Of a stretch of DNA of 64,000 bases, positions 13,604 through 26,600 are shown piece by piece. A model generated the notes under the pieces. That model did no database searches and was not told the origin of the DNA. It saw nothing but the letters and a program-made list of their open reading frames with translations. Both the position numbers and the translations under genes were made by a program. The stretch comes from Eledone cirrhosa (Eukaryota), in NCBI GenBank assembly GCA_964016885.1, contig OZ024758.1, forward strand, positions 37,262,001-37,326,000, read 5' to 3'. Within the stretch, counting starts at the first letter, position 1. Every line of letters begins with the position of its first letter.

Positions 13604-14200
13604 CATGGTATTTATTAGCTGTCAGAAGTAACACCAATGTTGGTGAGAATTCATTTAAGTTCATGGTATTAGCTGTCAGAAGTAACTCCACTGTTGGTGA
13701 GAATTCATTTAAGTTCATGGTATTAGCTGTCAGAAGTAACTCCACTGTTGGTGAGAATTCATTTAAGTTCATGGTACTAGCTGTCAGAAGTAACTCCACT
13801 GTTGTTGAGAATTCATTTAAGTTCATGGTATTAGTTTGTCAGAAGTAACTCCACTGTTGGTGAGAATTCATTTAAGTCATGGTATTAGTTGTCAGAAGTA
13901 ACTCCAATGTTGGTGAGAATTCATTTAAGTTCATGGTACTAGCTGTCAGAAGTAACTCCACTGTTGGTGAGAATTCATTTAAGTCATGGTATTAGCTGTC
14001 AGAAGTAACTCCAATGTTGGTGAGAATTCATTTAAGTTCATGGTATTAGCTGTCAGAAGTCACTCCACTGTTGGTGAGAATTCATTTAAGTTCATGGTAC
14101 TAGCTGTCAGAAGTAACGCAATGTTGGTGAGAATTCATTTAAGTTCATGGTATTAGCTGTCAGAAGTCACTCCAATGTTGGTGAGAATTCATTTAAGTTC
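13604..14200. repeat. Higher-order module C (57-bp, 55-bp and 53-bp indel monomers), example copy
   Basis: Order: ggtatttattagc..aacacc, two plain, gttgttgag, ttagtttgtc, ttagttgtc, tact monomer, deltaT/aat, agtcactccact, aacgcaatg, agtcactccaat. Recurs near 1200, 21750, 29080, 32530, 36310, 40620, 47095, 56370 and 62790. Confidence 0.85.
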
Positions 14201-14330
14201 ATGGTACTAGCTGTCAGAAGTAACTCCAATGTTGGTGAGAATTCATTTAAGTTCATGGTATTAGCTGTCAGAAGGAACTCCACTGTTGCTGAGAATTCAT
14301 TTAAGTTCATGGTATTAGCTGTCAGAAGTA

Positions 14331-17300
14331 ACTCCACTGTTGGTGAGAATTCATTTAAGTTCATGGTACTAGCTGTCAGAAGTAACTCCACTGTTGGTGA
14401 GAATTCATTTAAGTTCATGGTATTAGCTGTCAGAAGTCACTCCAATGTTGGTGAGAATTCATTTAAGTTCATGGTATTAGCTGTCAGAAGTCACTCCACT
14501 GTTGGTGAGAATTCATTTAAGTTCATGGTATTAGCTGTCAGAAGTAACTCCACTGTTGGTGAGAATTCATTTAAGTTCATGGTATTAGCTGTCAGAAGAA
14601 ACTCCACTGTTGGTGAGAATTCATTTAAGTTCATCGTATTAGCTGTTAGATGGAACTCCAATGTTGGTGAGAATTCATTTAAGTCATGGTACTAGCTGTC
14701 AGAAGTAACTCCACTGTTGGTGAGAATTCATTTAAGTTCATGGTATTAGCTGTCAGAAGGAACGCCACTGTTGGTGAGAATTCATTTAAGTTCATGGTAT
14801 TAGCTGTCAGAAGTAACTCCACTGTTGGTGAGAATTCATTTAAGTTCATGGTACTAGCTGTCAGAAGTAACTCCAATGTTGGTGAGAATTCATTTAAGTT
14901 CATGGTATTAGCTGTCAGAAGGATCTCCACTGTTGGTGAGAATTCATTTAAGTTCATGGTACTAGCTGTCAGAAGTAACTCCACTGTTGGTGAGAATTCA
15001 TTTAAGTTCATGGTATTAGCTGTCAGAAGTAACTCCACTGTTGGTGAGAATTCATTTAAGTCATGGTATTAGCTGTCAGAAGTAACTCCAATGTTGGTGA
15101 GAATTCATTTAAGTCATGGTACTAGCTGTCAGAAGTAACTCCAATGTTGGTGAGAATTCATTTAAGTTCATGGTATTAGCTGTCAGAAGTCACTCCAATG
15201 TTGGTGAGAATTCATTTAAGTTCATGGTATTAGCTGTCAGAAGTAACTCCACTGTTGGTGAGAATTCATTTAAGTTCATGGTATTAGCTGTCAGAAGTAA
15301 CTCCACTGTTGGTGAGAATTCATTTAAGTTCATTGTATTAGCTGTCAGAAGAAACTCCACTGTTGGTGAGAATTCATTTAAGTTCATGGTATTAGCTGTT
15401 AGATGGAACTCCAATGTTGGTGAGAATTCATTTAAGTCATGGTACTAGCTGTCAGAAGTAACTCCACTGTTGGTGAGAATTCATTTAAGTTCATGGTATT
15501 AGCTGACAGAAGGAACGCCACTGTTGGTGAGAATTCATTTAAGTTCATGGTATTAGCTGTCAGAAGTAACTCCACTGTTGGTGAGAATTCATTTAAGTTC
15601 ATGGTACTAGCTGTCAGAAGTAACTCCAATGTTGGTGAGAATTCATTTAAGTTCATGGTATTAGCTGTCAGAAGGAACTCCACTGTTGCTGAGAATGCAT
15701 TTAAGTTCATGGTATTAGCTGTCAGAAGTAACTCCACTGTTGGTGAGAATTCATTTAAGTTCATGGTACTAGCTGTCAGAAGTAACTCCACTGTTGGTGA
15801 GAATTCATTTAAGTTCATGGTATTAGCTGTCAGAAGTCACTCCAATGTTGGTGAGAATTCATTTAAGTTCATGGTATTAGCTGTCAGAAGTCACTCCACT
15901 GTTGGTGAGAATTCATTTAAGTTCATGGTACTAGCTGTCAGAAGTAACCCCAATGTTGGTGAGAATTCATTTAAGTTCATGGTATTAGCTGTCAGAAGTC
16001 ACTCCAATGTTGGTGAGAATTCATTTAAGTTCATGGTATTAGCTGTCAGAAGTAACTCCACTGTTGGTGAGAATTCATTTAAGTTCATGGTATTAGCTGT
16101 CAGAAGTAACTCCACTGTTGGTGAGAATTCATTTAAGTTCATGGTATTAGCTGTCAGAAGGAACTCCACTGTTGGTGAGAATTCATTTAAGTTCATGGTA
16201 CTAGCTGTCAGAAGTAACTCCACTGTTGGTGAGAATTCATTTAAGTTCATGGTATTAGTTTGTCAGAAGTAACTCCACTGTTGGTGAGAATTCATTTAAG
16301 TCATGGTACTAGCTGTCAGAAGTAACTCCACTGTTGGTGAGAATTCATTTAAGTTCATGGTATTAGCTGTCAGAAGTAACTCCACTGTTGGTGAGAATTC
16401 ATTTAAGTTCATGGTATTAGCTGTCAGAAGTAACTCCACTGTTGGTGAGAATTCATTTAAGTTCATGGTATTAGCTGTCAGAAGTAACTCCACTGTTGGT
16501 GAGAATTCATTTAAGTTCATGGTATTAGCTGTCAGAAGGAACTCCAATGTTGGTGAGAATTCATTTAAGTCATGGTACTAGCTGTCAGAAGTAACTCCAC
16601 TGTTGGTGAGAATTCATTTAAGTTCATGGTATTAGCTGACAGAAGGAACGCCACTGTTGGTGAGAATTCATTTAAGTTCATGGTATTAGCTGTCAGAAGT
16701 AACTCCACTGTTGGTGAGAATTCATTTAAGTTCATGGTACTAGCTGTCAGAAGTAACTCCAATGTTGGTGAGAATTCATTTAAGTTCATGGTATTAGCTG
16801 TCAGAAGGAACTCCACTGTTGCTGAGAATTCATTTACGTTCATGGTATTAGCTGTCAGAAGTAACTCCACTGTTGGTGAGAATTCATTTAAGTTCATGGT
16901 ACTAGCTGTCAGAAGTAACTCCACTGTTGGTGAGAATTCATTTAAGTTCATGGTATTAGCTGTCAGAAGTCACTCCAATGTTGGTGAGAATTCATTTAAG
17001 TTCATGGTATTAGCTGTCAGAAGTCACTCCACTGTTGGTGAGAATTCATTTAAGTTCATGGTACTAGCTGTCAGAAGTAACCCCAATGTTGGTGAGAATT
17101 CATTTAAGTTCATGGTATTAGCTGTCAGAAGTCACTCCAACGTTGGTGAGAATTCATTTAAGTTCATGGTATTAGCTGTCAGAAGTAACTCCACTGTTGG
17201 TGAGAATTCATTTAAGTTCATGGTATTAGCTGTCAGAAGTAACTCCACTGTTGGTGAGAATTCATTTAAGTTCATGGTATTAGCTGTCAGAAGGAACTCC

Positions 17301-20300
17301 ACTGTTGGTGAGAATTCATTTAAGTTCATGGTACTAGCTGTCAGAAGTAACTCCACTGTTGGTGAGAATTCATTTAAGTTCATGGTATTAGTTTGTCAGA
17401 AGTAACTCCACTGTTGGTGAGAATTCATTTAAGTTCATCGTATTAGCTGTCAGAAGTCACTCCAATGTTGGTGAGAATTCATTTAAGTTCATGGTATTAG
17501 CTGTCAGAAGTCACTCCACTGTTGGTGAGAATTCATTTAAGTTCATGGTACTAGCTGTCAGAAGTAACTCCACTGTTGGTGAGAATTCATTTAAGTTCAT
17601 GGTATTAGCTGTCAGAAGTCACTCCAATGTTGGTGAGAATTCATTTAAGTTCATGGTATTAGCTGTCAGAAGTCACTCCACTGTTGGTGAGAATTCATTT
17701 AAGTTCATGGTATTAGCTGTCAGAAGTAACTCCACTGTTGGTGAGAATTCATTTAAGTTCATGGTATTAGCTGTCAGAAGAAACTCCACTGTTGGTGAGA
17801 ATTCATTTAAGTTCATCGTATTAGCTGTTAGATGGAACTCCAATGTTGGTGAGAATTCATTTAAGTCATGGTACTAGCTGTCAGAAGTAACTCCACTGTT
17901 GGTGAGAATTCATTTAAGTTCATGGTATTAGCTGTCAGAAGGAACGCCACTGTTGGTGAGAATTCATTTAAGTTCATGGTATTAGCTGTCAGAAGTAACT
18001 CCACTGTTGGTGAGAATTCATTTAAGTTCATGGTACTAGCTGTCAGAAGTAACTCCAATGTTGGTGAGAATTCATTTAAGTTCATGGTATTAGCTGTCAG
18101 AAGGATCTCCACTGTTGGTGAGAATTCATTTAAGTTCATGGTACTAGCTGTCAGAAGTAACTCCACTGTTGGTGAGAATTCATTTAAGTTCATGGTATTA
18201 GCTGTCAGAAGTAACTCCACTGTTGGTGAGAATTCATTTAAGTCATGGTATTAGCTGTCAGAAGTAACTCCAATGTTGGTGAGAATTCATTTAAGTCATG
18301 GTACTAGCTGTCAGAAGTAACTCCAATGTTGGTGAGAATTCATTTAAGTTCATGGTATTAGCTGTCAGAAGTCACTCCAATGTTGGTGAGAATTCATTTA
18401 AGTTCATGGTATTAGCTGTCAGAAGTAACTCCACTGTTGGTGAGAATTCATTTAAGTTCATGGTATTAGCTGTCAGAAGTAACTCCACTGTTGGTGAGAA
18501 TTCATTTAAGTTCATTGTATTAGCTGTCAGAAGAAACTCCACTGTTGGTGAGAATTCATTTAAGTTCATGGTATTAGCTGTTAGATGGAACTCCAATGTT
18601 GGTGAGAATTCATTTAAGTCATGGTACTAGCTGTCAGAAGTAACTCCACTGTTGGTGAGAATTCATTTAAGTTCATGGTATTAGCTGACAGAAGGAACGC
18701 CACTGTTGGTGAGAATTCATTTAAGTTCATGGTATTAGCTGTCAGAAGTAACTCCACTGTTGGTGAGAATTCATTTAAGTTCATGGTACTAGCTGTCAGA
18801 AGTAACTCCAATGTTGGTGAGAATTCATTTAAGTTCATGGTATTAGCTGTCAGAAGGAACTCCACTGTTGCTGAGAATGCATTTAAGTTCATGGTATTAG
18901 CTGTCAGAAGTAACTCCACTGTTGGTGAGAATTCATTTAAGTTCATGGTACTAGCTGTCAGAAGTAACTCCACTGTTGGTGAGAATTCATTTAAGTTCAT
19001 GGTATTAGCTGTCAGAAGTCACTCCAATGTTGGTGAGAATTCATTTAAGTTCATGGTATTAGCTGTCAGAAGTCACTCCACTGTTGGTGAGAATTCATTT
19101 AAGTTCATGGTACTAGCTGTCAGAAGTAACCCCAATGTTGGTGAGAATTCATTTAAGTTCATGGTATTAGCTGTCAGAAGTCACTCCAATGTTGGTGAGA
19201 ATTCATTTAAGTTCATGGTATTAGCTGTCAGAAGTAACTCCACTGTTGGTGAGAATTCATTTAAGTTCATGGTATTAGCTGTCAGAAGTAACTCCACTGT
19301 TGGTGAGAATTCATTTAAGTTCATGGTATTAGCTGTCAGAAGGAACTCCACTGTTGGTGAGAATTCATTTAAGTTCATGGTACTAGCTGTCAGAAGTAAC
19401 TCCACTGTTGGTGAGAATTCATTTAAGTTCATGGTATTAGTTTGTCAGAAGTAACTCCACTGTTGGTGAGAATTCATTTAAGTCATGGTACTAGCTGTCA
19501 GAAGTAACTCCACTGTTGGTGAGAATTCATTTAAGTTCATGGTATTAGCTGTCAGAAGTAACTCCACTGTTGGTGAGAATTCATTTAAGTTCATGGTATT
19601 AGCTGTCAGAAGTAACTCCACTGTTGGTGAGAATTCATTTAAGTTCATGGTATTAGCTGTCAGAAGTAACTCCACTGTTGGTGAGAATTCATTTAAGTTC
19701 ATGGTATTAGCTGTCAGAAGGAACTCCAATGTTGGTGAGAATTCATTTAAGTCATGGTACTAGCTGTCAGAAGTAACTCCACTGTTGGTGAGAATTCATT
19801 TAAGTTCATGGTATTAGCTGACAGAAGGAACGCCACTGTTGGTGAGAATTCATTTAAGTTCATGGTATTAGCTGTCAGAAGTAACTCCACTGTTGGTGAG
19901 AATTCATTTAAGTTCATGGTACTAGCTGTCAGAAGTAACTCCAATGTTGGTGAGAATTCATTTAAGTTCATGGTATTAGCTGTCAGAAGGAACTCCACTG
20001 TTGCTGAGAATTCATTTACGTTCATGGTATTAGCTGTCAGAAGTAACTCCACTGTTGGTGAGAATTCATTTAAGTTCATGGTACTAGCTGTCAGAAGTAA
20101 CTCCACTGTTGGTGAGAATTCATTTAAGTTCATGGTATTAGCTGTCAGAAGTCACTCCAATGTTGGTGAGAATTCATTTAAGTTCATGGTATTAGCTGTC
20201 AGAAGTCACTCCACTGTTGGTGAGAATTCATTTAAGTTCATGGTACTAGCTGTCAGAAGTAACCCCAATGTTGGTGAGAATTCATTTAAGTTCATGGTAT

Positions 20301-20616
20301 TAGCTGTCAGAAGTCACTCCAACGTTGGTGAGAATTCATTTAAGTTCATGGTATTAGCTGTCAGAAGTAACTCCACTGTTGGTGAGAATTCATTTAAGTT
20401 CATGGTATTAGCTGTCAGAAGTAACTCCACTGTTGGTGAGAATTCATTTAAGTTCATGGTATTAGCTGTCAGAAGGAACTCCACTGTTGGTGAGAATTCA
20501 TTTAAGTTCATGGTACTAGCTGTCAGAAGTAACTCCACTGTTGGTGAGAATTCATTTAAGTTCATGGTATTAGTTTGTCAGAAGTAACTCCACTGTTGGT
20601 GAGAATTCATTTAAGT
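14331..20616. repeat. 3,182-bp tandem duplication (59 monomers), each copy containing a 1,133-bp (21-monomer) internal repeat
   Basis: ORF starts 14686/17868, 15116/18298, 15439/18621 and 16572/19754 are 3182 apart. 15439/16572 and 18621/19754 are 1133 apart, with the sub-copies distinguished by gaatgcatt versus tttacgttc. Confidence 0.88.
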
Positions 20617-23600
20617 CATGGTACTAGCTGTCAGAAGTAACTCCACTGTTGGTGAGAATTCATTTAAGTTCATGGTATTAGCTGTCAGAAGTAACTCCAC
20701 TGTTGGTGAGAATTCATTTAAGTTCATGGTATTATCTGTCAGAAGTAACTCCACTGTTGGTGAGAATTCATTTAAGTTCATGGTATTAGCTGTTAGATGG
20801 AACTCCAATGTTGGTGAGAATTCATTTAAGTCATGGTACTAGCTGTCAGAAGTAACTCCACTGTTGGTGAGAATTCATTTAAGTTCATGGTATTAGCTGT
20901 CAGAAGGAACGCCACTGTTGGTGAGAATTCATTTAAGTTAATGGTATTAGCTGTCAGAAGTAACTCCACTGTTGGTGAGAATTCATTTAAGTTCATGGTA
21001 CTAGGTGTCAGAAGTAACTCCAATGTTGGTGAGAATTCATTTAAGTTCATGGTATTAGCTGTCAGAAGGAACTCCACTGTTGCTGAGAATTCATTTAAGT
21101 TCATGGTATTAGCTGTCAGAAGTAACTCCAATGTTGGTGAGAATTCATTTAAGTTCATGGTATTAGCTGTCAGAAGTAACTCCACTGTTGGTGAGAATTC
21201 ATTTAAGTTCATGGTATTAGCTGTCAGAAGTAACTCCACTGTTGGTGAGAATTCATTTAAGTCATGGTATTAGCTGTCAGAAGTAACTCCAATGTTGGTG
21301 AGAATTTATTTAAGTTCATGGTATTAGCTGTCAGAAGTCACTCCACTGTTGGTGAGAATTCATTTAAGTTCATGGTACTAGCTGTCAGAAGTAACCCCAA
21401 TGTTGGTGAGAATTCATTTAAGTTCATGGTATTAGCTGTCAGAAGTCACTCCAATGTTGGTGAGAATTCATTTAAGTTCATGGTATTAGCTGTCAGAAGT
21501 AACTCCACTGTTGGTGAGAATTCATTTAAGTTCATGGTATTAGCTGTCAGAAGTAACTCCACTGTTGGTGAGAATTCATTTAAGTTCATGGTATTAGCTG
21601 TCAGAAGTAACTCCACTGTTGGTGAGAATTCATTTAAGTTCATGGTACTAGCTGTCAGAAGTAACTCCAATGTTGGTGAGAATTCATTTAAGTTCATGGT
21701 ATTAGCTGTCAGAAGTAACTCCACTGTTGGTGAGAATTCATTTAAGTCATGGTATTTATTAGCTGTCAGAAGTAACACCAATGTTGGTGAGAATTCATTT
21801 AAGTTGATGGTATTAGCTGTCAGAAGTAACTCCACTGTTGGTGAGAATTCATTTAAGTTCATGGTATTAGCTGTCAGAAGTAACTCCACTGTTGGTGAGA
21901 ATTCATTTAAGTTCATGGTACTAGCTGTCAGAAGTAACTCCACTGTTGTTGAGAATTCATTTAAGTTCATGGTATTAGTTTGTCGGAAGTAACTCCACTG
22001 TTGGTGAGAATTCATTTAAGTCATGGTATTAGTTGTCAGAAGTAACTCCAATGTTGGTGAGAATTCATTTAAGTTCATGGTACTAGCTGTCAGAGGTAAC
22101 TCCACTGTTGGTGAGAATTCATTTAAGTCATGGTATTAGCTGTCAGAAGTAACTCCAATGTTGGTGAGAATTCATTTAAGTTCATGGTATTAGCTGTCAG
22201 AAGTCACTCCACTGTTGGTGAGAATTCATTTAAGTTCATGGTACTAGCTGTCAGAAGTAACGCAATGTTGGTGAGAATTCATTTAAGTTCATGGTATTAG
22301 CTGTCAGAAGTCACTCCAATGTTGGTGAGAATTCATTTAAGTTCATGGTACTAGCTGTCAGAAGTAACTCCAATGTTGGTGAGAATTCATTTAAGTTCAT
22401 GGTATTAGCTGTCAGAAGGAACTCCACTGTTGCTGAGAATTCATTTAAGTTCATGGTATTAGCTGTCAGAAGTAACTCCACTGTTGGTGAGAATTCATTT
22501 AAGTTCATGGTACTAGCTGTCAGAAGTAACTCCACTGTTGGTGAGAATTCATTTAAGTTCATGGTATTAGCTGTCAGAAGTCACTCCAATGTTGGTGAGA
22601 ATTCATTTAAGTTCATGGTATTAGCTGTCAGAAGTCACTCCACTGTTGGTGAGAATTCATTTAAGTTCATGGTATTAGCTGTCAGAAGTAACTCCACTGT
22701 TGGTGAGAATTCATTTAAGTTCATGGTATTAGCTGTCAGAAGAAACTCCACTGTTGGTGAGAATTCATTTAAGTTCATGGTATTAGCTGTTAGATGGAAC
22801 TCCAATGTTGGTGAGAATTCATTTAAGTCATGGTACTAGCTGTCAGAAGTAACTCCACTGTTGGTGAGAATTCATTTAAGTTCATGGTATTAGCTGTCAG
22901 AAGGAACGCCACTGTTGGTGAGAATTCATTTAAGTTCATGGTATTAGCTGTCAGAAGTAACTCCACTGTTGGTGAGAATTCATTTAAGTTCATGGTACTA
23001 GCTGTCAGAAGTAACTCCAATGTTGGTGAGAATTCATTTAAGTTCATGGTATTAGCTGTCAGAAGGATCTCCACTGTTGGTGAGAATTCATTTAAGTTCA
23101 TGGTACTAGCTGTCAGAAGTAACTCCACTGTTGGTGAGAATTCATTTAAGTTCATGGTATTAGCTGTCAGAAGTAACTCCACTGTTGGTGAGAATTCATT
23201 TAAGTCATGGTATTAGCTGTCAGAAGTAACTCCAATGTTGGTGAGAATTCATTTAAGTCATGGTACTAGCTGTCAGAAGTAACTCCACTGTTGGTGAGAA
23301 TTCATTTAAGTTCATGGTATTAGCTGTCAGAAGTAACTCCACTGTTGGTGAGAATTCATTTAAGTTCATGGTATTAGCTGTCAGAAGTAACTCCACTGTT
23401 GGTGAGAATTCATTTAAGTTCATGGTATTAGCTGTCAGAAGTAACTCCACTGTTGGTGAGAATTCATTTAAGTTCATGGTATTAGCTGTCAGAAGGAACT
23501 CCAATGTTGGTGAGAATTCATTTAAGTCATGGTACTAGCTGTCAGAAGTAACTCCACTGTTGGTGAGAATTCATTTAAGTTCATGGTATTAGCTGACAGA

Positions 23601-26600
23601 AGGAACGCCACTGTTGGTGAGAATTCATTTAAGTTCATGGTATTAGCTGTCAGAAGTAACTCCACTGTTGGTGAGAATTCATTTAAGTTCATGGTACTAG
23701 CTGTCAGAAGTAACTCCAATGTTGGTGAGAATTCATTTAAGTTCATGGTATTAGCTGTCAGAAGGAACTCCACTGTTGCTGAGAATTCATTTACGTTCAT
23801 GGTATTAGCTGTCAGAAGTAACTCCACTGTTGGTGAGAATTCATTTAAGTTCATGGTACTAGCTGTCAGAAGTAACTCCACTGTTGGTGAGAATTCATTT
23901 AAGTTCATGGTATTAGCTGTCAGAAGTCACTCCAATGTTGGTGAGAATTCATTTAAGTTCATGGTATTAGCTGTCAGAAGTCACTCCACTGTTGGTGAGA
24001 ATTCATTTAAGTTCATGGTACTAGCTGTCAGAAGTAACCCCAATGTTGGTGAGAATTCATTTAAGTTCATGGTATTAGCTGTCAGAAGTCACTCCAACGT
24101 TGGTGAGAATTCATTTAAGTTCATGGTATTAGCTGTCAGAAGTAACTCCACTGTTGGTGAGAATTCATTTAAGTTCATGGTATTAGCTGTCAGAAGTAAC
24201 TCCACTGTTGGTGAGAATTCATTTAAGTTCATGGTATTAGCTGTCAGAAGGAACTCCACTGTTGGTGAGAATTCATTTAAGTTCATGGTACTAGCTGTCA
24301 GAAGTAACTCCACTGTTGGTGAGAATTCATTTAAGTTCATGGTATTAGTTTGTCAGAAGTAACTCCACTGTTGGTGAGAATTCATTTAAGTCATGGTACT
24401 AGCTGTCAGAAGTAACTCCACTGTTGGTGAGAATTCATTTAAGTTCATGGTATTAGCTGTCAGAAGTAACTCCACTGTTGGTGAGAATTCATTTAAGTTC
24501 ATGGTATTAGCTGTCAGAAGTAACTCCACTGTTGGTGAGAATTCATTTAAGTTCATGGTATTAGCTGTTAGATGGAACTCCAATGTTGGTGAGAATTCAT
24601 TTAAGTCATGGTACTAGCTGTCAGAAGTAACTCCACTGTTGGTGAGAATTCATTTAAGTTCATGGTATTAGCTGTCAGAAGGAACGCCACTGTTGGTGAG
24701 AATTCATTTAAGTTAATGGTATTAGCTGTCAGAAGTAACTCCACTGTTGGTGAGAATTCATTTAAGTTCATGGTACTAGGTGTCAGAAGTAACTCCAATG
24801 TTGGTGAGAATTCATTTAAGTTCATGGTATTAGCTGTCAGAAGGAACTCCACTGTTGCTGAGAATTCATTTAAGTTCATGGTATTAGCTGTCAGAAGTAA
24901 CTCCAATGTTGGTGAGAATTCATTTAAGTTCATGGTATTAGCTGTCAGAAGTAACTCCACTGTTGGTGAGAATTCATTTAAGTTCATGGTATTAGCTGTC
25001 AGAAGTAACTCCACTGTTGGTGAGAATTCATTTAAGTCATGGTATTAGCTGTCAGAAGTAACTCCAATGTTGGTGAGAATTTATTTAAGTTCATGGTATT
25101 AGCTGTCAGAAGTAACTCCACTGTTGGTGAGAATTCATTTAAGTCATGGTATTAGCTGTCAGAAGTAACTCCATTGTTGGTGAGAATTCATTTAAGTCAT
25201 GGTACTAGCTGTCAGAAGTAACTCCAATGTTGGTGAGAATTCATTTAAGTCATGGTACTAGCTGTCAGAAGTAACTCCAATGTTGGTGAGAATTCATTTA
25301 AGTTCATGGTATTAGCTGTCAGAAGTAACTCCACTGTTGGTGAGAATTCATTTAAGTCATGGTATTTATTAGCTGTCAGAAGTAACACCAATGTTGGTGA
25401 GAATTCATTTAAGTTCATGGTATTAGCTGTCAGAAGTAACTCCACTGTTGGTGAGAATTCATTTAAGTTCATGGTATTAGCTGTCAGAAGTAACTCCACT
25501 GTTGGTGAGAATTCATTTAAGTTCATGGTACTAGCTGTCAGAAGTAACTCCACTGTTGTTGAGAATTCATTTAAGTTCATGGTATTAGTTTGTCAGAAGT
25601 AACTCCACTGTTGGTGAGAATTCATTTAAGTCATGGTATTAGTTGTCAGAAGTAACTCCACTGTTGGTGAGAATTCATTTAAGTTCATGGTATTAGCTGT
25701 TAGATGGAACTCCAATGTTGGTGAGAATTCATTTAAGTCATGGTACTAGCTGTCAGAAGTAACTCCACTGTTGGTGAGAATTCATTTAAGTTCATGGTAT
25801 TAGCTGTCAGAAGGAACGCCACTGTTGGTGAGAATTCATTTAAGTTAATGGTATTAGCTGTCAGAAGTAACTCCACTGTTGGTGAGAATTCATTTAAGTT
25901 CATGGTACTAGGTGTCAGAAGTAACTCCAATGTTGGTGAGAATTCATTTAAGTTCATGGTATTAGCTGTCAGAAGGAACTCCACTGTTGCTGAGAATTCA
26001 TTTAAGGATCATGGTATTAGCTGTCAGAAGTAACTCCAATGTTGGTGAGAATTCATTTAAGTTCATGGTATTAGCTGTCAGAAGTAACTCCACTGTTGGT
26101 GAGAATTCATTTAAGTTCATGGTATTAGCTGTCAGAAGTAACTCCACTGTTGGTGAGAATTCATTTAAGTCATGGTATTAGCTGTCAGAAGTAACTCCAA
26201 TGTTGGTGAGAATTTATTTAAGTTCATGGTATTAGCTGTCAGAAGTCACTCCACTGTTGGTGAGAATTCATTTAAGTTCATGGTACTAGCTGTCAGAAGT
26301 AACCCCAATGTTGGTGAGAATTCATTTAAGTTCATGGTATTAGCTGTCAGAAGTCACTCCAATGTTGGTGAGAATTCATTTAAGTTCATGGTATTAGCTG
26401 TCAGAAGTAACTCCACTGTTGGTGAGAATTCATTTAAGTTCATGGTATTAGCTGTCAGAAGTAACTCCACTGTTGGTGAGAATTCATTTAAGTTCATGGT
26501 ATTAGCTGTTAGATGGAACTCCAATGTTGGTGAGAATTCATTTAAGTCATGGTACTAGCTGTCAGAAGTAACTCCACTGTTGGTGAGAATTCATTTAAGT

